64,000 nt of DNA from assembly GCF_963921235.1 (NCBI RefSeq), contig NC_086108.1:91948001-92012000 (forward strand), given 5' to 3'. Below, one piece after another: positions 1 to 13,832 of this stretch. The position numbers and the translations under genes were made by a program. The notes under the pieces were generated by a model, which was given only the letters and a program-made list of their open reading frames with translations, had not been told where the DNA came from and did not search any database. Numbering within the stretch: position 1 is the first letter of the stretch; each line of letters opens with the position of its first letter. The DNA is from Mobula hypostoma (taxonomy: Eukaryota).

Positions 1-1805
1 ACAGCTTAATATAAACACATATTCTTGCTGCATTCAATTTGCGGTCTGAATGATATCATTTATTAATCAAAGACATACAAAATAGGTTTATTCTTAACTT
101 AAAACAGTCACAGAATGGACCAGAAAGCACAATGAATGATTTCACAGCACAGCGTATTAATCACTCAAATGTTATCTTCTTCACATCATTTATTACAGGG
201 CACCTTACTCCTTCAGAAAAAGAAGGCAACATGTACATGGAATGCCAAGATGTTAAATCAATACTTTGCATTTACAATTAATTATATGTCGTGGTGGAAA
301 AACTAAAACTAATAAGGGATTGTGCCAATTTATCATATTTATTGTTTTTTTTCTTGAGAAAATCATCTTCATCAATAATAATCTCTACGTGGGCTCTGAA
401 ATTCATGCTGATATAAATCAGGTGGCATAAATAAAGACTGCAGATCCTGGGCTTCCGTAGCCCATTATCAGACGTTTTGCAATCTAGGAGCTTTTGTCAT
501 GTTTATGAAAGACATTAAATAGTTCAGTGAGGTGAGGGTAGGGGGTGGGGGGGTGCGGCTGGGGACAGATGGGGAAGGACAGATAAAGATCATGGAGATG
601 GTCAGGGATCTCCGATACATAAATATTCAGATGGTATAATTTTTTTTTCCCCTGCGGTGATAGCAGAGGCCATGGTGTTATTACAGATGCTATCTATCAT
701 CTCTCGCTGTACTTGATATTAAGACAATAATGGAAAGAAAGGGATTATGTGCTTGTGTTAGAGAATCTGAAAGTTATTCTGAAAATAGGAAATGAATGAA
801 AACAATCTTTCTTCAGGCACCCTGGCTGATTAACAGAATCCTTGCTCACAAATGGTATTTAACAATAAATCCTGCCCAGTGATAAAGAACCAACCACGAT
901 TCCTAAATGACAGAGGGTGCAACATTTGCTTAACCTAGTCAGCAAGCAAAGCTCTCAAATCTAAAGTTTATCCCAGATGAGTCTGAATTTGGACTGGCTT
1001 TTGGGGAAATCCAGATTTACTCCGTCAGATCGTACAAAACAAAAATTACCTCAGAATTTCAGCCAGAAGCTAATTTTGTGAAGGAGACAGCAGAAAAGTA
1101 ATAAAATCTTAAACTAGGGCTGGAATTACAGACAGACTAGGTTCTCTGTGGTGGCCGCACCACATGAGATAATTAAATTTTGTTGGGTTGATTAAACCTG
1201 AACAGATAGACTATATCTAGAGCTCTTGGAAATCAGCCATCAGTACTGACACTGCCTTCATTCCTTGGGTCTCAACTGGCTACGAGTCACCACAGACTAA
1301 CCAGACAGTCAAATCACCCACAGGAATCACAAGGTACCTGTTAAACTTAGTGGGTTGCCCAATCCTAGCATGTTTGTTTTGACCACCTGAACTATATTGT
1401 TAGGAATTAATAGGAAATAATCAAAATATGGGATGACACAGACTTTAAAATATTGATGCTGGAGTCAGAATTTTCAAATATTTTCTGCTTTTATTTCAGA
1501 CCTCCAGCACTGTCAGTTTCTTCTTAAATTTTCATGCTTTACCTGTGTCAAAGATGTCAAATGAGTACAACTTATGCAGTTACAAAGTGTGGGAAGTGGC
1601 CTTCAGTGTGTTTGAAAGCATGCACCTGGAACCCAGCCATGAAATAAATGTTAAGTTTTATAAGTACTTGACAAAGCATCTGTTTGAGTCGCTCTTTGTG
1701 CTAATTGGCTGCCATGTAGATGCATTCAGAGAATCAGCTCCAAGTGGGCCTAAACAGCAGTCCTTAAAAGAACATTTACATAATAGGTAGGCTCAGTTAA
1801 AAAAT

Positions 1806-2025
1806 AAGACCATAAGACATTAGAGCAGAATTAGGCCATTTGGCTCATCGAGTCCGTTCTGCCATTCTATCATAGCTGATTTATTATTCCCTCTCAACCC
1901 CATTCTCCTGCCTTCTGCCTGTAAGTTTTGACACCATTACTAATCAAGAAACTATTAAACTCTGCGTTAAATATAGAAAATGATCTGACCTCCACAGATG
2001 TGTGTGGCAATGAATTCTACAGATT
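1806..2025 (-). mobile_element. CR1 LINE 3' UTR fragment
   Basis: Reverse complement of the CR1 tail (gaccataagac...gcagaattaggcc) seen on the plus strand at 13790-13832 and 22800-22840. Confidence 0.8.
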
Positions 2026-2159
2026 GTAGCTAGGAACTCGGGCGGTACCTGGTGACTGTTCTCGACCAATGATTTCCTCTATTCCAAGTCAGTATCTTGA
2101 ACTCATTTTTTCCCTGCCCTGCAGTACTCTCCCAATCTACTTATTTTATCTGAATGACC

Positions 2160-2436
2160 CCACGGTAGGATAGCAGTTAGAACCACACTGATACAGAGTT
2201 TGGAGTTCAATTCTGCCGCCATCTGAAGGAGTTTGTAGGTGCTCCTCCTGACCAAGGGAGTTTCCTAAGGATGCTCTGGTTTCCTCCTTCAGTCCAAAGA
2301 TGTACTGGTTAGTAGGTTAATTAGTCATTGTAAATTGTCCTGTGATTAGGCTAGGGTTAATTAAGTGGGTTGCTGGATGATGCGGTTCGTTGTGCTGGAA
2401 GGGCCTAGTCTGCTTTGCATCTCTAAATAAATAAAA
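2160..2436 (+). mobile_element. HE1-like V-SINE
   Basis: Degenerate tRNA head (ggagttcaattc), V-domain tgctctggtttcctcc..tccaaaga, gaagggcct tail, (TAAA)n end. Confidence 0.85.
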
Positions 2437-3249
2437 TACTCCATTCCTTGTGACCTTCTTCTAACATCTGGTCAATCTCCAACCCAGATCTCCCACTTAC
2501 TCCCCACTTTGTCCCCATTCACTCACCGTCCAGATATTCTTCCTTTCATCTGCCAGATCACTTTCTATCCCATGCAAGGCCGACTTGCATTAATGACAGA
2601 AGCCAAGTTTCTGCTACCCAGCTGTCTGCAGGCAGCAACAAGAGTCACCAGGCCACTCCACTGATGCAATGCATGAGGGGTTATTATCTATGTCTTCCAG
2701 CTTGGTGATCATTCACAGGATCCAGGCACACATGGCCAAACAGATTTTTCTGTGCATTGTTTATGTTCCCCGAATTGCTGTTAAAACAGTGGAGGATTAA
2801 TATCATTCACTGTTAATTAACTGCAAAAAAAAGAGGGGAAGTGCACAGCCAACTGGTGAACAGAGAAAATGCTGTTGGAGCTCAGTAGTTTCATGAAAAT
2901 GGAAGCTCCAAGTCTGACTTTCCATTCAAATACATTGAACATAATGACGCTCCTGGATTTGATATGGAACAAATCTGCCACAGAAAATCCAGAAATCTCT
3001 TTAACAAATGATTGGTGCCAAACAACATCTCCAGCACTGAAGGTTGTTTATTGCAAGCAAGGAATACCGTTCCCTGTGGTTTAATGATGTTTGGGATTTT
3101 AAAAAGATATTACAATGGTTTTCTTACGAAGGGTCAAAGAGCCATACAGCACCAGCAGGTCCTTCAGCCCAACTCATCTAGGATGCCCCATCTACGCCAA
3201 TACCATTTGTCCATGTTTGATTAAGATGGTCCTTATTAATATTAAAATT

Positions 3250-3470
3250 AAGATTAGATTTATTGGTCACATGTATATCGGAACATACAGTAATCTGTGT
3301 CACTTGTGTTAAATTAAAGCAGTGAGGACAGTGCCAGTGCAGCTCACAAGTGTCACCAGACTTCCAGCACCAACATAGCATGCCCATATCCCTCTAAACC
3401 TTTCCAGTCCATGTCTCATCACAGGGTCTTTTAAATGTTATTGTATCTTCCTCAACTACTTCCTCTGGCT
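3250..3470 (-). mobile_element. HE1-like SINE 3' part joined to a CR1 3' fragment
   Basis: (agatt)n tail, caagtgtcaccagacttccagcaccaacatagcatgccc, then CR1-type ccctctaaacctttcc. Confidence 0.6.
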
Positions 3471-3589
3471 ATGAACCAGAAGTGTTAACTCTGCTTTCTC
3501 TCTCCGCAAATGTTGCCTGATCTGGCAAGTATTTCCAGTATTTCTCAATTGTACTTATGCTTACAATTATACACTTGAATCACCTAACT

Positions 3590-4338
3590 CTATCATGAGC
3601 GCTAGCCACCCCAGCATCAAGGACATCTTCAAAAGGCAATGCCTCAAAAAAGTTGGCATCCATCATTAAGTCAAGTCAAGCTTATTTTCATTTAGCTACT
3701 GTATATAGATGTATACCGTCAAATAAAACATTGTTTCTCCGGACCAGGGTGTAAAGCACAGTAGTACACATAACTTACACTAACTTAGAAAAGTAAGAAT
3801 TATATCTACCAATGAATTGCACATAGATAAACAAAGTAAAGTGTGGTAAATTACCTATTGTAGGATACAGTACAAATTATCCAGTGACACTTCGAATGTG
3901 ATGCAGCAGAGAGAAAGAAGTCTAATAGCCTGAGGGAAGAAGTTGTTTCCTATCTTGACTGTCCTTGTCTTTGTGCATTGTGGTCTCCTACATGATGGTA
4001 GAGGGTCAAAGAGGATCCTGCGTTCAGAACCCCCAACACCTAGGGCATGCTCTCTTCTTACTACTACTATCAGAGACGAGGCACAGGAGCCTGAAGACAC
4101 ACATTCAATGTTTTAAGAACAGATTCTTCCCCTCTGCATCAGATTTCTAAATGGACATGAACCAACTCATGAATACTACCTCACTGTTTTTCTTTTCTCT
4201 TTGCACTATTTATTTACTTTAATTGTGTATATATATCATACTGTGATTTATAGCATTTTTATGTATTGCACTGTAATGCTGCCACAAAACAATAAAATTT
4301 CACAGCATATGTCAGTGATATTAAAGCTGATTCTGATT
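3590..4338 (+). mobile_element. Rex1/Babar-type LINE 3' end with a nested opposite-strand copy (about 3670-4010)
   Basis: HLGHALFLLLLSETRHRSLKTH...NRFFPSA C-terminal motif and (ctgatt)n tail; nested copy encodes KTRT..GNNFFPQAIRLL with a (tcaag)n tail. Confidence 0.75.
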
Positions 4339-4809
4339 AACTGATCTTGGACTCATTGTCACTTTGTCTCTTTTCCTTTCTCTTAATCAGATCCATCATT
4401 TCACTGCACTTTCCATTCATTCACCTCACTTTCCATACCTGATTTGACTCTGGTCCACCTTTCAATTTTGTCTTAACCTTTGTGTTATTAAATTCACAAT
4501 CCTTGGATTTCTGATTGTTTAAAAAGACACCCTGTGTCTTCACCTAGGTCACAGTTTATATAGCAGTATTTAATATATCATCCTGAGACACACACACTGA
4601 AGGGCAGGTCATACCTCCACAATATTGGACATTTATTTATTTTGTATGTTTGCACTTTGGCTGAGTGACATTTAAATTCTCATTATATTCAGGTACTGCA
4701 AATTAAAAGTTTGAAGAAGCTATCCTGTCATTAGTAGCTGGCTGTGGTCATTGTTAACATTACATTAAATATTGTTGTAAATGCAAACTATATTGCCAAG
4801 TTCATTATA

Positions 4810-5290
4810 GAGCTTGGGAACAGATCATTCATCCCAACATGTCCATGCTGACCAATGGGTACATATTCAAATTAATCCCATCTTCAGGCACTTGGCCTAT
4901 TGATTTTTATGCCTAAATTATTCAAGTGATTAGTAAGACATTTCTTAAAGCAGTTCTCTTTCCACCATTAATTTAAGCTGTGTATTCCACTCTCGGCATG
5001 ATAAAGATCCCCCTCAGATCCCCTCAAAATCTTTATTCCTTATCCGAAATTTATGTCCTCTCGTTTTATCTATGCCTGATATAGAAAAAGAGATGAGAGA
5101 TATGTGGTCCACAAGATGATTTTACCTGTGGCTTATCCCAATCGACTCTACCTATACCCCACATAGTTTTATGTACCTCAGTCATGTCCCTTCTTAAGCT
5201 CCTTTGCTCCAGGGATATCAAATGTCTACTCATAACTCCGTACCCGGCAACATCCAGGTGAATCTTCACTGAACTCTCATTCAGTGCCAA
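4810..5290 (-). mobile_element. Old CR1 LINE 3' fragment
   Basis: Minus ORF SLEQRSLRRDMTEVHKTMWGIGRVD matches the CR1 ORF2 C-terminus. Confidence 0.75.
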
Positions 5291-5547
5291 GATAACTTTA
5301 AGCTACTGATGTAACACCATCTCCTTTCCAAGCCTAGTGATTACATGTACGAAAAAAATAGACCAGCTGTAATTTATTTAAAATAATTTGTATAAGGAAA
5401 TTAGATACATTTACTTTGGAGTCTTTTTATCTTTTTCACACTTGGGTTCACCGTCATTCCTAGCGTTTGTAGACAGTTGGCAGTGATGGCCTTGAAACAC
5501 AATTCAATCAAATTCATGATAATTGAATAAAACACTGCTTTTGGCTC

Positions 5548-5752
5548 ACGCACAAAAAGCTGGAGGAACTCAGCAGGCTAGGCAGCAACTATGGAAAAGA
5601 GTAAGCAGTCAATGTTTCATTCTGATGCAGGGTCTCAGCCTGAAATATCAACTGTTTACTCTTTTCCATAGATGCTGCCTGGCCTGCTAAGTTCCTCTAG
5701 CATTTTGTGTGTGTTGCTTTGGATTTCCAGCATCTGAAGATTTTCTCATGTT
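5548..5752. mobile_element. Penelope-derived short inverted repeat with a degenerate hammerhead
   Basis: gctggaggaactcagcagg..tatggaaaagagtaa pairs with ttactcttttccatag..cctgctaagttcctctagc; ctgatgc-agggtctcagcct-gaaata at 5622-5647. Confidence 0.75.
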
Positions 5753-5769
5753 CCACTTGCACACTTGAG

Positions 5770-5955
5770 TCCAACTATAGTGGCCAGTTAAACTACCAAC
5801 ACTCTTTAAGAGATTGAAAGAAATTGAAGTATCAAGAGAATACTCACCTGCTCACAGGGAGAACCTGCAAACTCCACACGGACAACACCCAGGTCAGGAC
5901 TGAATCTGGGTCTCTGGCACCTATGAGGCAGTGGCTCTATCGTCGGCATCACTGG
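5770..5955 (-). mobile_element. HE1-like SINE
   Basis: cacagggagaacctgcaaactccacac..ggactgaatctgggtc is the reverse complement of the V-SINE head and body. Confidence 0.7.
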
Positions 5956-6386
5956 TGAGACTGCTCTTCATCTACCAGTACTCCTTCCTGAGGCTTCTTG
6001 GCTAAGAGATGCAGACATCAGTTTGGAGATTTGCAGGGATTCACACTTGGTTAAAGGACATGAGAGTGGGATTAACTAAAAAGCAAATAAATACTCAACA
6101 GGAACCTCTGACTCAGGTAGAGATCTCCCTTTACTTATTCAGTTAATTTACCCTGGTCCTAACAGTATTTATCTGAGTATTTCCGGAATATTCTGTCAGA
6201 TTTCCAACTTGTGTTGTATTTTGATTTTGGTTAATTGACAAACACTTTCAAAGGCATGATGGGCCAGATAGATTCTCCTGCTTCTATAATAAAAGTGTGT
6301 TCACTTTGTAAAAGTGGCTGCAAAGTAAGTGGGATTGAAAAGCATGGTCACCAGTATATCACACTCAAAATGCTGGAGGAAATCAG

Positions 6387-6750
6387 CATCTTTGAAAAAG
6401 GGGAACGGTCTGTTCTAAGGGATGTCCTTGTATTCTGAGCCTGTGCTCTCTGGTCCTAGACTCTCCCACTATAGGAGACATTCTCTTAAAGTCCACTCTA
6501 TCTAGATCTTTAAATATTTGATAGCTCTTGATGAGATCCACCATCATTCTTCTAATCGCCAGCAAGTACAGGCCCAGAGCCACCAAACACTCCTCATACA
6601 TTAACACTTCCAGTCCTGCGATCATCTTGTGAACCTCCTCTGGACCTTTTGCAACACCAACACATCCTTTTTAGGAGTCGAACAACTGCTCACATTACTC
6701 CAAGTGCCTTATAAATTCTCAGCATCACATTGTTGCTCTTATGTGCCAGT
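6387..6750 (-). mobile_element. CR1 LINE ORF2 C-terminal fragment
   Basis: ORF 6383-6625: YEECLVALGLYLLAIRRMMVDLIKSYQIFKDLDRVD..GESRTREHRLRI. Confidence 0.85.
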
Positions 6751-7777
6751 CTTGCCTCCAGAGCATACTCCTTCCAACAGCCCCATCATTCTTCCTCCAA
6801 GAGTATAAATTAGTGGATTCTCACTGGAATTAATTTAACCAAAAAATAACACATTTAAAGCTCTTGCAAGGAATTATCTCCTAACTGAACTGTCAGTTCA
6901 GTACTTCAGGCCGAGACTCCAACAAAAGCACATAAAATGAGCTAAAGGTATTGGTTGATTTTTAGCATCAAATATTTTATATTTTAAATGCTGCTTTGCA
7001 AAGTAAATACCAAAGATCCCTACATCTAATACAAGCATAATTTTTGCATATAATACAAGCATGCTGGTCTGTCATTCCTTGTCTGTGTGTAGGTTTTCGT
7101 TGATTCTATTGTATTTCTTTGCTCTACTGTGAATGCCTGCAAGAAAATGAATTTAAGGATAGTATAAGGTGACATATAGGTATATTGATAATAATTCTAC
7201 ATTGTTTGTTCAACCTTGGTCCATCAAATCTGTCTGATGAAAGTGTATTGCGCTGAGTAGGATGAATTCTGATGCCATCCACTCATTAGTAATCATGTGA
7301 TCAAGCGGACAACACTAAATTTTAAAGATTACGCCAACATACTTAGATCAAAAACAAGACAAAATCCAAGATATTGCTTCCTGATCCACCAAGGGTTCAG
7401 AAATTAGTTCTGGAATCTTACAATTCCATATCTCCAAACATCCTACTCATGTTTTATCAGATCCCGGGAAATTATGTTACAGGTCTGTCTGCAAATATGG
7501 TCTGGATTAAACAAGAGATCAAGCCTGAATTTCCATGATTCTGTGACATGCAGCCTAAATTTATGTACATTATTTCACACTTGTTGCTACTCAGTGCATA
7601 TTCTTCATTCTTTCTTCTTCAGCATGGAAGGATATTAAGGGAAATGGGGTAGATGCATGGAAAGTCACTGCACATAACACTTGCAAAAAGAAAAGTTCTG
7701 AACATGAATAATATTCCTCGGTTAAAGTCAGCAATTAACATTTACAAATAAGAAATGGGGTCTTCGTCCATAGTAAT

Positions 7778-8947
7778 AGCCTTTGACAAGGTCCCGCATG
7801 GGAGGTTAGTTAGGAAAATTCAGTCGCTAGGTATACATGGAGAGGTGGTAAATTGGATTAGGCATTGGCTCAATGGAAGAAGCCAAAGAGTGGTAGTAGA
7901 GAATTGCTTCTCCGAGTGGAGGCCTGTGACTAGTGGTGTGCCACAGGGATCAGTGCTGGGTCCATTGTTATTTGTCATCTATATCAATGATCTGGATGAT
8001 AATGTGGTAAATTGGATCAGCAAATTTGTTGATGATACAAAGATTGGAGGTGTAGTAGACAGTGAGGAAGGTTTTCAGAGCCCACAGAGGGACTTGGACC
8101 AGCTGGGAAAATGGGCTGAAAAATGGCAGATGGAGTTTAATACAGACAAGTGTGAGGTATTTCACGTTGGAAGGACAAACCAAGGTAGAACATATAGGGT
8201 TAATGGTAAGGCACTGAGGAGTGCAGTGGAACAGAGGGATCTGGGAATACAGATACAAAATTCCCTAAAAGTGTCGTCACAGGTAGATAGGGTCGTAAAG
8301 AGAGCTTTTGGTACATTGGCCTTTATTAATCAAAGTATTGAGTATAAGAGCTGGAATGTTATGATGAGGTTGTATAAGGCATTGGTGAGGCTGAATCTGG
8401 AGTATTGTGTTCAGTTTTGGTCACCAAATTACAGGAAGGATATAAATAAGGTTGAAAGAGTGCAGAGAAGGTTTACAAGGATGTTGCTGGGACTTGAGAA
8501 ACTCAGCTACAGAGAAAGGTTGAATAGGTTAGGACTTTATTCCCTGGAGTGTAGAAGAATGAGGGGAGATTTGATAGAGGTATATAAAATTATGATGGGT
8601 ATAGATAGAGTGAATGCAAGCAGGCTTTTTCCACTGAGGCAAGGGGAGAAAAAAACCAGAGGACATGGGAAAAGGGTGAAGGGGGAAAAGTTTAAAGGGA
8701 GCATTAGGGGGGGCACAGAGAGTGGTGGGGGTATGGAATGAGCTGCCAGACGAGGTGGTAAATGTGGGTTCTTTTTTAACATTTAAGAATAAATTGGACA
8801 GGTGCATGGATGGGAGGTGTATGGAGGTGTATGGTCCGTGTGCAGGTCAGTGGGACTAGGCAGAAAATGGTTCAGCACAGCCAAGAAGGGCCAAAAGGCC
8901 TGTTTCTGTGCTGTAGTTTCTATGGCTCTATGGTTTCTATGGTTCTA
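7778..8947 (+). mobile_element. Young 5'-truncated CR1 (HER1-like) LINE: RT C-terminal half and 3' UTR
   Basis: Open ORF AFDKVPH..GVPQGSVLGPLLF..FVDD..LEYCVQFWSP..RGDLIEVYK; 3' stem gcacag..ctgtgc; (tctatggtt)n tail. Confidence 0.95.
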
Positions 8948-9407
8948 AAATCATAATTGATTCTTTGTGTGCTATCCTGGAAAAAATTTTAAATAATTAT
9001 TTTACAAAAAGATTGTTATTTCATCATCTCTTGTTGATAAATTTTGCGATTTGATACTGAGACTGTGGGTGATCAGATCTTTAGCAAGAATATCCAAGTC
9101 AACATCCAATCTACCTAAGCTTTGATTTCCTTGGCAGCAAAAATCTATTCTCCTCATTCTTGAATTTGAATTTCATTAAAGTGTCCACATGAGGGAGAAA
9201 ACAATCCTCACCATTTAAATCATAAATATGTGCAAGGAAAATAATTTAATTTTCTCCCAATGCCTCTGAATGACTTGAAGTTTACCTTCCATTGAAAGTG
9301 TGTTTTGTATGGGAAGCCAATGGCATCTCCTTGGAATGCAAGGGAACAATATTCATTCAAGACATGATGTGCCTATACACTGTTCCCAGGACCTACTGCT
9401 ACTGATA

Positions 9408-9673
9408 GGGTGGCACAGTGGTGTAGTGGTTAGCACAACGCTTTACAGTACCGCCAACCCAGGTTCAATTCTCACCACTGCCTGTAAGGAGTTTGTACAT
9501 TCTCCCTATGACTGCATGGGTTTCAGGTGTTTCAAAGGCCTACCGGATGGTAGGTTAATTGGTTGTTGTAAATTGTCCTATGATTAGGCTAGGATTAAAT
9601 CAAGGGATTGCTCGGCAGCATGGCTCAAAGGGCCAGAAGGGCTTACTTCAAGCTGTTTGTCAATAAATAAATA
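9408..9673 (+). mobile_element. HE1-like V-SINE
   Basis: gggtggcacagtggtgtagtggttagc A box, ggttcaattc B box, gggccagaagggc tail, (ATAA)n. Confidence 0.9.
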
Positions 9674-9844
9674 ATGGATCAACTTAGGGTGACCAGGTAT
9701 GAAGAATGGGGGTTGGATATGGGTCAGAAGTCCACTTCACTGATACTCAGTCAAGCATCCTGATGGCAGAAGTAGACTGAGATAGAGTTCAGTAGCTCCC
9801 CCAAAAAAACAGCAGAAGGTTTCATCTGCAACATACTGAGAAAT

Positions 9845-12508
9845 TTGAGCATTATCATGGAAGAGGATAGAAACAGAGAGGACAGGAAAATTTTTAATTG
9901 GGGAAGGGCAAATTATGAGGCTATAAGGCTAGAACTTGTGGGTTCTTACAGGAAGGGAGCAGTTACTCTATTGGGAGTATTTTATAGGCCCCCTGGTAGC
10001 AGCAGAGATATCGAGGAGCAGATTGGGAGGCAGATTTTGGAAAAGTACAAAAGTAACAGGGTTGTTATCAGGGGTGACTTTAACTTCCCTAATATTGATT
10101 GGCACCTGATTAGTTCCAATGGTTTAGACGGGGCAGAGTTTGTTAAGTGTGTCCAGGATGGATTCCTGTCACAGTATGTTGACAGGCCAACGAGGGGGAA
10201 TGCCATACTAGATCTAGTATTAGGTAATGAACCGGGTCGGGTTACAGATCTCTCAGTGGGTGAGCATCTGGGGGACAGTGACCACCGCTCCCAGGCCTTT
10301 AGCATTATCATGGAAAAGGATAGAATCAGAGAGGACAGGAAAATTTTTAACTGGGGAAGGGCAAATATTGAGGCTAGAATTTGCAGGTGTGAGTTGGGAT
10401 GATGTTTTTTCAGGGAAATGTACTATGGACACGTGGTTGATGTTTCGGGATCTCTTGCAGGATGTTAGGGATAAATTTGTCCCAGTGAGGAAGGTAAAGA
10501 ATGGTAGGGTGAAGGAACCATGGGTGACAAGTGAGGTGGAAAATCTAGTCAAGTGGAAGAAGGCAGCATACATGAGATTTAGGAAGCAAGGATCAGGTGG
10601 GTCTATTGAGGAATATAGGGTAGCAAGAAAGGAGCTTAAGGGGCTGAGAAGAGCAAGAACGGGGTATGAGAAGGCCTTGGCGAGTAGGGTAAAGGAAAAC
10701 CCCAAGGCATTCTTCAATTATTTGAAGAACAAAAGGATGATAGGAGTGAAGGTAGGACCGATTAGAGATAAAGGTGGAGAGAAGTGCCTGGAGGCTGTGG
10801 AAGTGAGCGAGGTCCTCAATGAATACTTCTCTTCGGTATTCACCAATGAGAGGGAACTTGATGACGGTGAGGACAATGTGAGTGAGGTTGGTGTTCTGGA
10901 GCATGTTGATATTAAGGGAGTGGAGGTGTTGGAGTTGTTAAAATACATTAGGATGGATAAGTCGCCAGGGCCTGATGGAATATTCCCCAGGCTGCTCCAC
11001 GAGGCGAGGGAAGAGATTGCTGAGCCTCTGGCTAGGATCTTTATGTCCTCGTTGTCCATGGGAATGGTACTGGAGGATTGCAGTGAGGTGAATGTTGTCC
11101 CCTTGTTCAAAAAAGGTAGTCGGGATAGTCCGGGTAATTACAGACCAGGGAGCCTTATGTCTGTGGTGGGAAAGCTGTTGGAAAAGATTCTTAGAGATGG
11201 GATCTATAGGCAATTAGAGAATCATGGTCTGATCAGGGACCATCAGCATGGCTTTATGAAGGGCAGATCTTGTCTAACAAACCTGATAGAGTTCTTTGAG
11301 GAGGTGACCAGGCATATAGATGAGGGTAGTGCAGTGGGTGTGATCTATATGGATTTGAATGAGGCATTTGACAAGATTCCACACAGTAGGCTTATTCAGA
11401 AAGTCAGAAGGCATGGGATCGAGGGAAGTTTGGCCAGGTGGATTCAGAATTGGCTTGACTGCAGAGGCAGAGGGTCATGCTGGAGGGAGTACGTTCGGAT
11501 TGGAGGGTTGTGACTAGTGGTGTCCCACAAGGATCGGTTCTGGGACATCTCCTTTCGTGAATTTTATTAACAACCTTGATGTGGGGGTAGAAGGGTGGTT
11601 TGGCAAGTTTTCAGATGACACAAAGGTTGGTGGTGTTGTAGATAGTGTAGAGGATTGTCGAAGATTGCAGAGAGACATTGATAAGTTGCAGAAGGGGGCT
11701 GAGAAGTGGAGATGGAGTTCAACCTGGAGAAGTGTGAGGTGGTAGGACAATTTGGAAGGAGAAACTCCAAGGCAGAGTACAAAGTAAATGGCAGGATACT
11801 TGGTAGTGTGGGGGAGCAGAGGGATCTGGGGGTACATGTCCACAGATCCCTGAAAGTTGCCTCACAGGTAGATAGGGTAGTTAAGAAAGCTTATGGGGTG
11901 TTCGCTTTCATAAGTCGAGGGATAGAGTTTAAGAGTCGCAAGGTAATGATGCAGCTCTATAAAACTCTGGTTAGGCCACACTTGGAGTACTGTGTCCAGT
12001 TCTGGTCGTCTCACTATAGGAAGGATGTGGAAGCATTGGAGGGGTTACAGAGGAGATTTACCAGGATGCTGCCTGATTTAGAGAGTATGGATTATGATCA
12101 GAGATTAAGGGAGCTAGGGCTTTTCTCTTTGGAGAGAAGGAGGATGAGAGGAGACATGATAGAGGTATACAAGATATTAAGAGGAACGGATAGAGTGGAT
12201 AGCCAGCGCCTCTTCCCCAGGGCAGCACTGCTCAATACAAGAGGACATGACTTTAAGGTAAGGGGTGGGAAGTTCAAGGGGGACATTAGAGGAAGGTTTT
12301 TACTCAGAGAGTGGTTGGTGCGTGGAATGCACTGCCTGAGTCAGTGGTGGAGGCAGATACACTAGTGAAGTTTAAGAGACTACTAGACAGGTATATGAGG
12401 AATTTAAGGTGGGGGGTTATATGGGAGGCAGGGTTTGAGGGTCAGCACAACAATGTGGGCCGAAGGGCCTGTACTGTGCTGTACTATTCTATGTTCTATG
12501 TTCTATGT
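9845..12508 (+). mobile_element. CR1 LINE ORF2 (partial endonuclease, RT, 3' UTR), frameshifted
   Basis: GVFYRPP, GDFNFPNIDW, SDH, KSPGPDG, NYRP, QHGF, FSDD, LEYCVQFW across ORFs 9845, 10227, 11557 and 11706; (TTCTATG)n tail. Confidence 0.95.
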
Positions 12509-12804
12509 TATTGTTTTAGAGAAGAATTCATTGTTTTCAAGAGTAGACAGCTCCAATAATGGTATATCAAAACATACACACTGACTTGTTTCCTTCTATC
12601 GGAGCCCATGGTCCTCAGAAGCTGTAACATTTTCTAATAACAATAAGAAACACTGACTGGCGTGAGTTCAGTACTTCTCCAATTGGCGCCTTATACAGTC
12701 ATATGATTGAATATTACTCTCTGAGCTATGTGAGCAAAAAAGTCATGTTTAGCCTTCTATTTTAGACCTCAATTAAATTACGCAGTAAATAAAAGCACAT
12801 ACTA

Positions 12805-12960
12805 AGCAAGTTCTTTGGCATCAGCATCTCAGAGAATCTATCCTAGGCCCAACATATCGATGCAATCACACCAACAGCTCTAGTATTTTAGTAGATTGAG
12901 GAGATTTAGTTTGTTACCAAAGACTCTTCGAAATTTATACAGAAATATGATGGAATGTAG
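12805..12960 (+). mobile_element. Rex1/Babar fragment
   Basis: aagttctttggcatcagcatctcagagaatctatcctaggcccaacatatcgatgcaatc, paralogous to 45205-45340 and 46525-46680. Confidence 0.65.
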
Positions 12961-12964
12961 TGAG

Positions 12965-13832
12965 AGAAGTGAATGGTCATGCACGTTGGTAGAGGGAATA
13001 AAGGCATAGACTATTTTTCAAATAGGGGGAAAATTCAAAAATTAGAGGTGCAAAGGGACTTGGGGAGAAAATGTTAAAATCAGAGGCGTAAAGTGACTTG
13101 GGAGTCCTGGTGCGGGATTCCCTAAAGGCAAAACAACAAATTTCATGATATATTTCAGCAAAACTCTATTGAAATTCTTTGAGAAAATAACAAGCAGGAT
13201 AGACAAAGAAGAGTCAGTGGGTGTTGTTTATTTAGATTTACAGAAGGGGCTGCACATAAAGCTGCTAAACAAGTTAAGAGTCCATGTTATTACAAGAAAG
13301 ATATTAGCATGGGTAGAAGGTTGGCTGACTGGCAGAAGGGAAGGAGAGAAAATTAAAGGGGCCTTTTCTGGTTGGTTGCTGGTGACTAGTGGTGTTCCAC
13401 AGGTGTCAGTTTTGGAACTGATTCTTTTCATGTTACATGTCAGTGATTTGGTTGACAGTATTGATGGCTTGGTGGCCAAGTTTACAGGTGATACAAAGAT
13501 TGGTGGAAGGGCAGGTGCTGTTGAGGAAGCAGGGAATCTGCAGAAGGGCCTACCCAGATTAGGAGAATGGGCAAAGAAATGGCAGATGGAATATAACATA
13601 GATCATGCACTTTGATAGGAGGTGAATCTGTAGAACTCATTGCCATGGACAGCTATGAAGGACAGGTCACTGGGTATATTTAAAGCAGTGGTTAATGAGT
13701 TCTTGATTAATCAGGGTGTCAAAGATTACAGGGAGAAGGATTGGGGGGATAATAAATCAGCCATGAGAGAATGGTGGAGCAGAATCGATGGGCCAAAGGG
13801 CCTAATTCTGCTCCTGTGTCTTATGGTCTTAT
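12965..13832 (+). mobile_element. Rearranged CR1 fragments ending in the 3' UTR
   Basis: VTSGVPQVSVL, KFTGDTKIGG, LGEWAKKWQMEYN; tail tcttatggtcttatgg. Confidence 0.85.

Noticed and set aside
535..585. G-rich tract as a regulatory G-quadruplex
   Set aside because: Follows a degenerate Penelope-like piece whose consensus is purine-rich; no promoter context.
1545..1790. 81-aa ORF or possible exon
   Set aside because: GTG start and no known motif; candidate minus-strand exon frames contain stops.
7755..8741. 328-aa ORF as a functional gene
   Set aside because: 5'-truncated CR1 RT; the ATG comes from flanking DNA, the catalytic motif reads FVDD and the C-terminus is frameshifted.
10227..11513. 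428-aa ORF as an intact reverse transcriptase
   Set aside because: Bounded by frameshifts; part of a broken CR1 ORF2.
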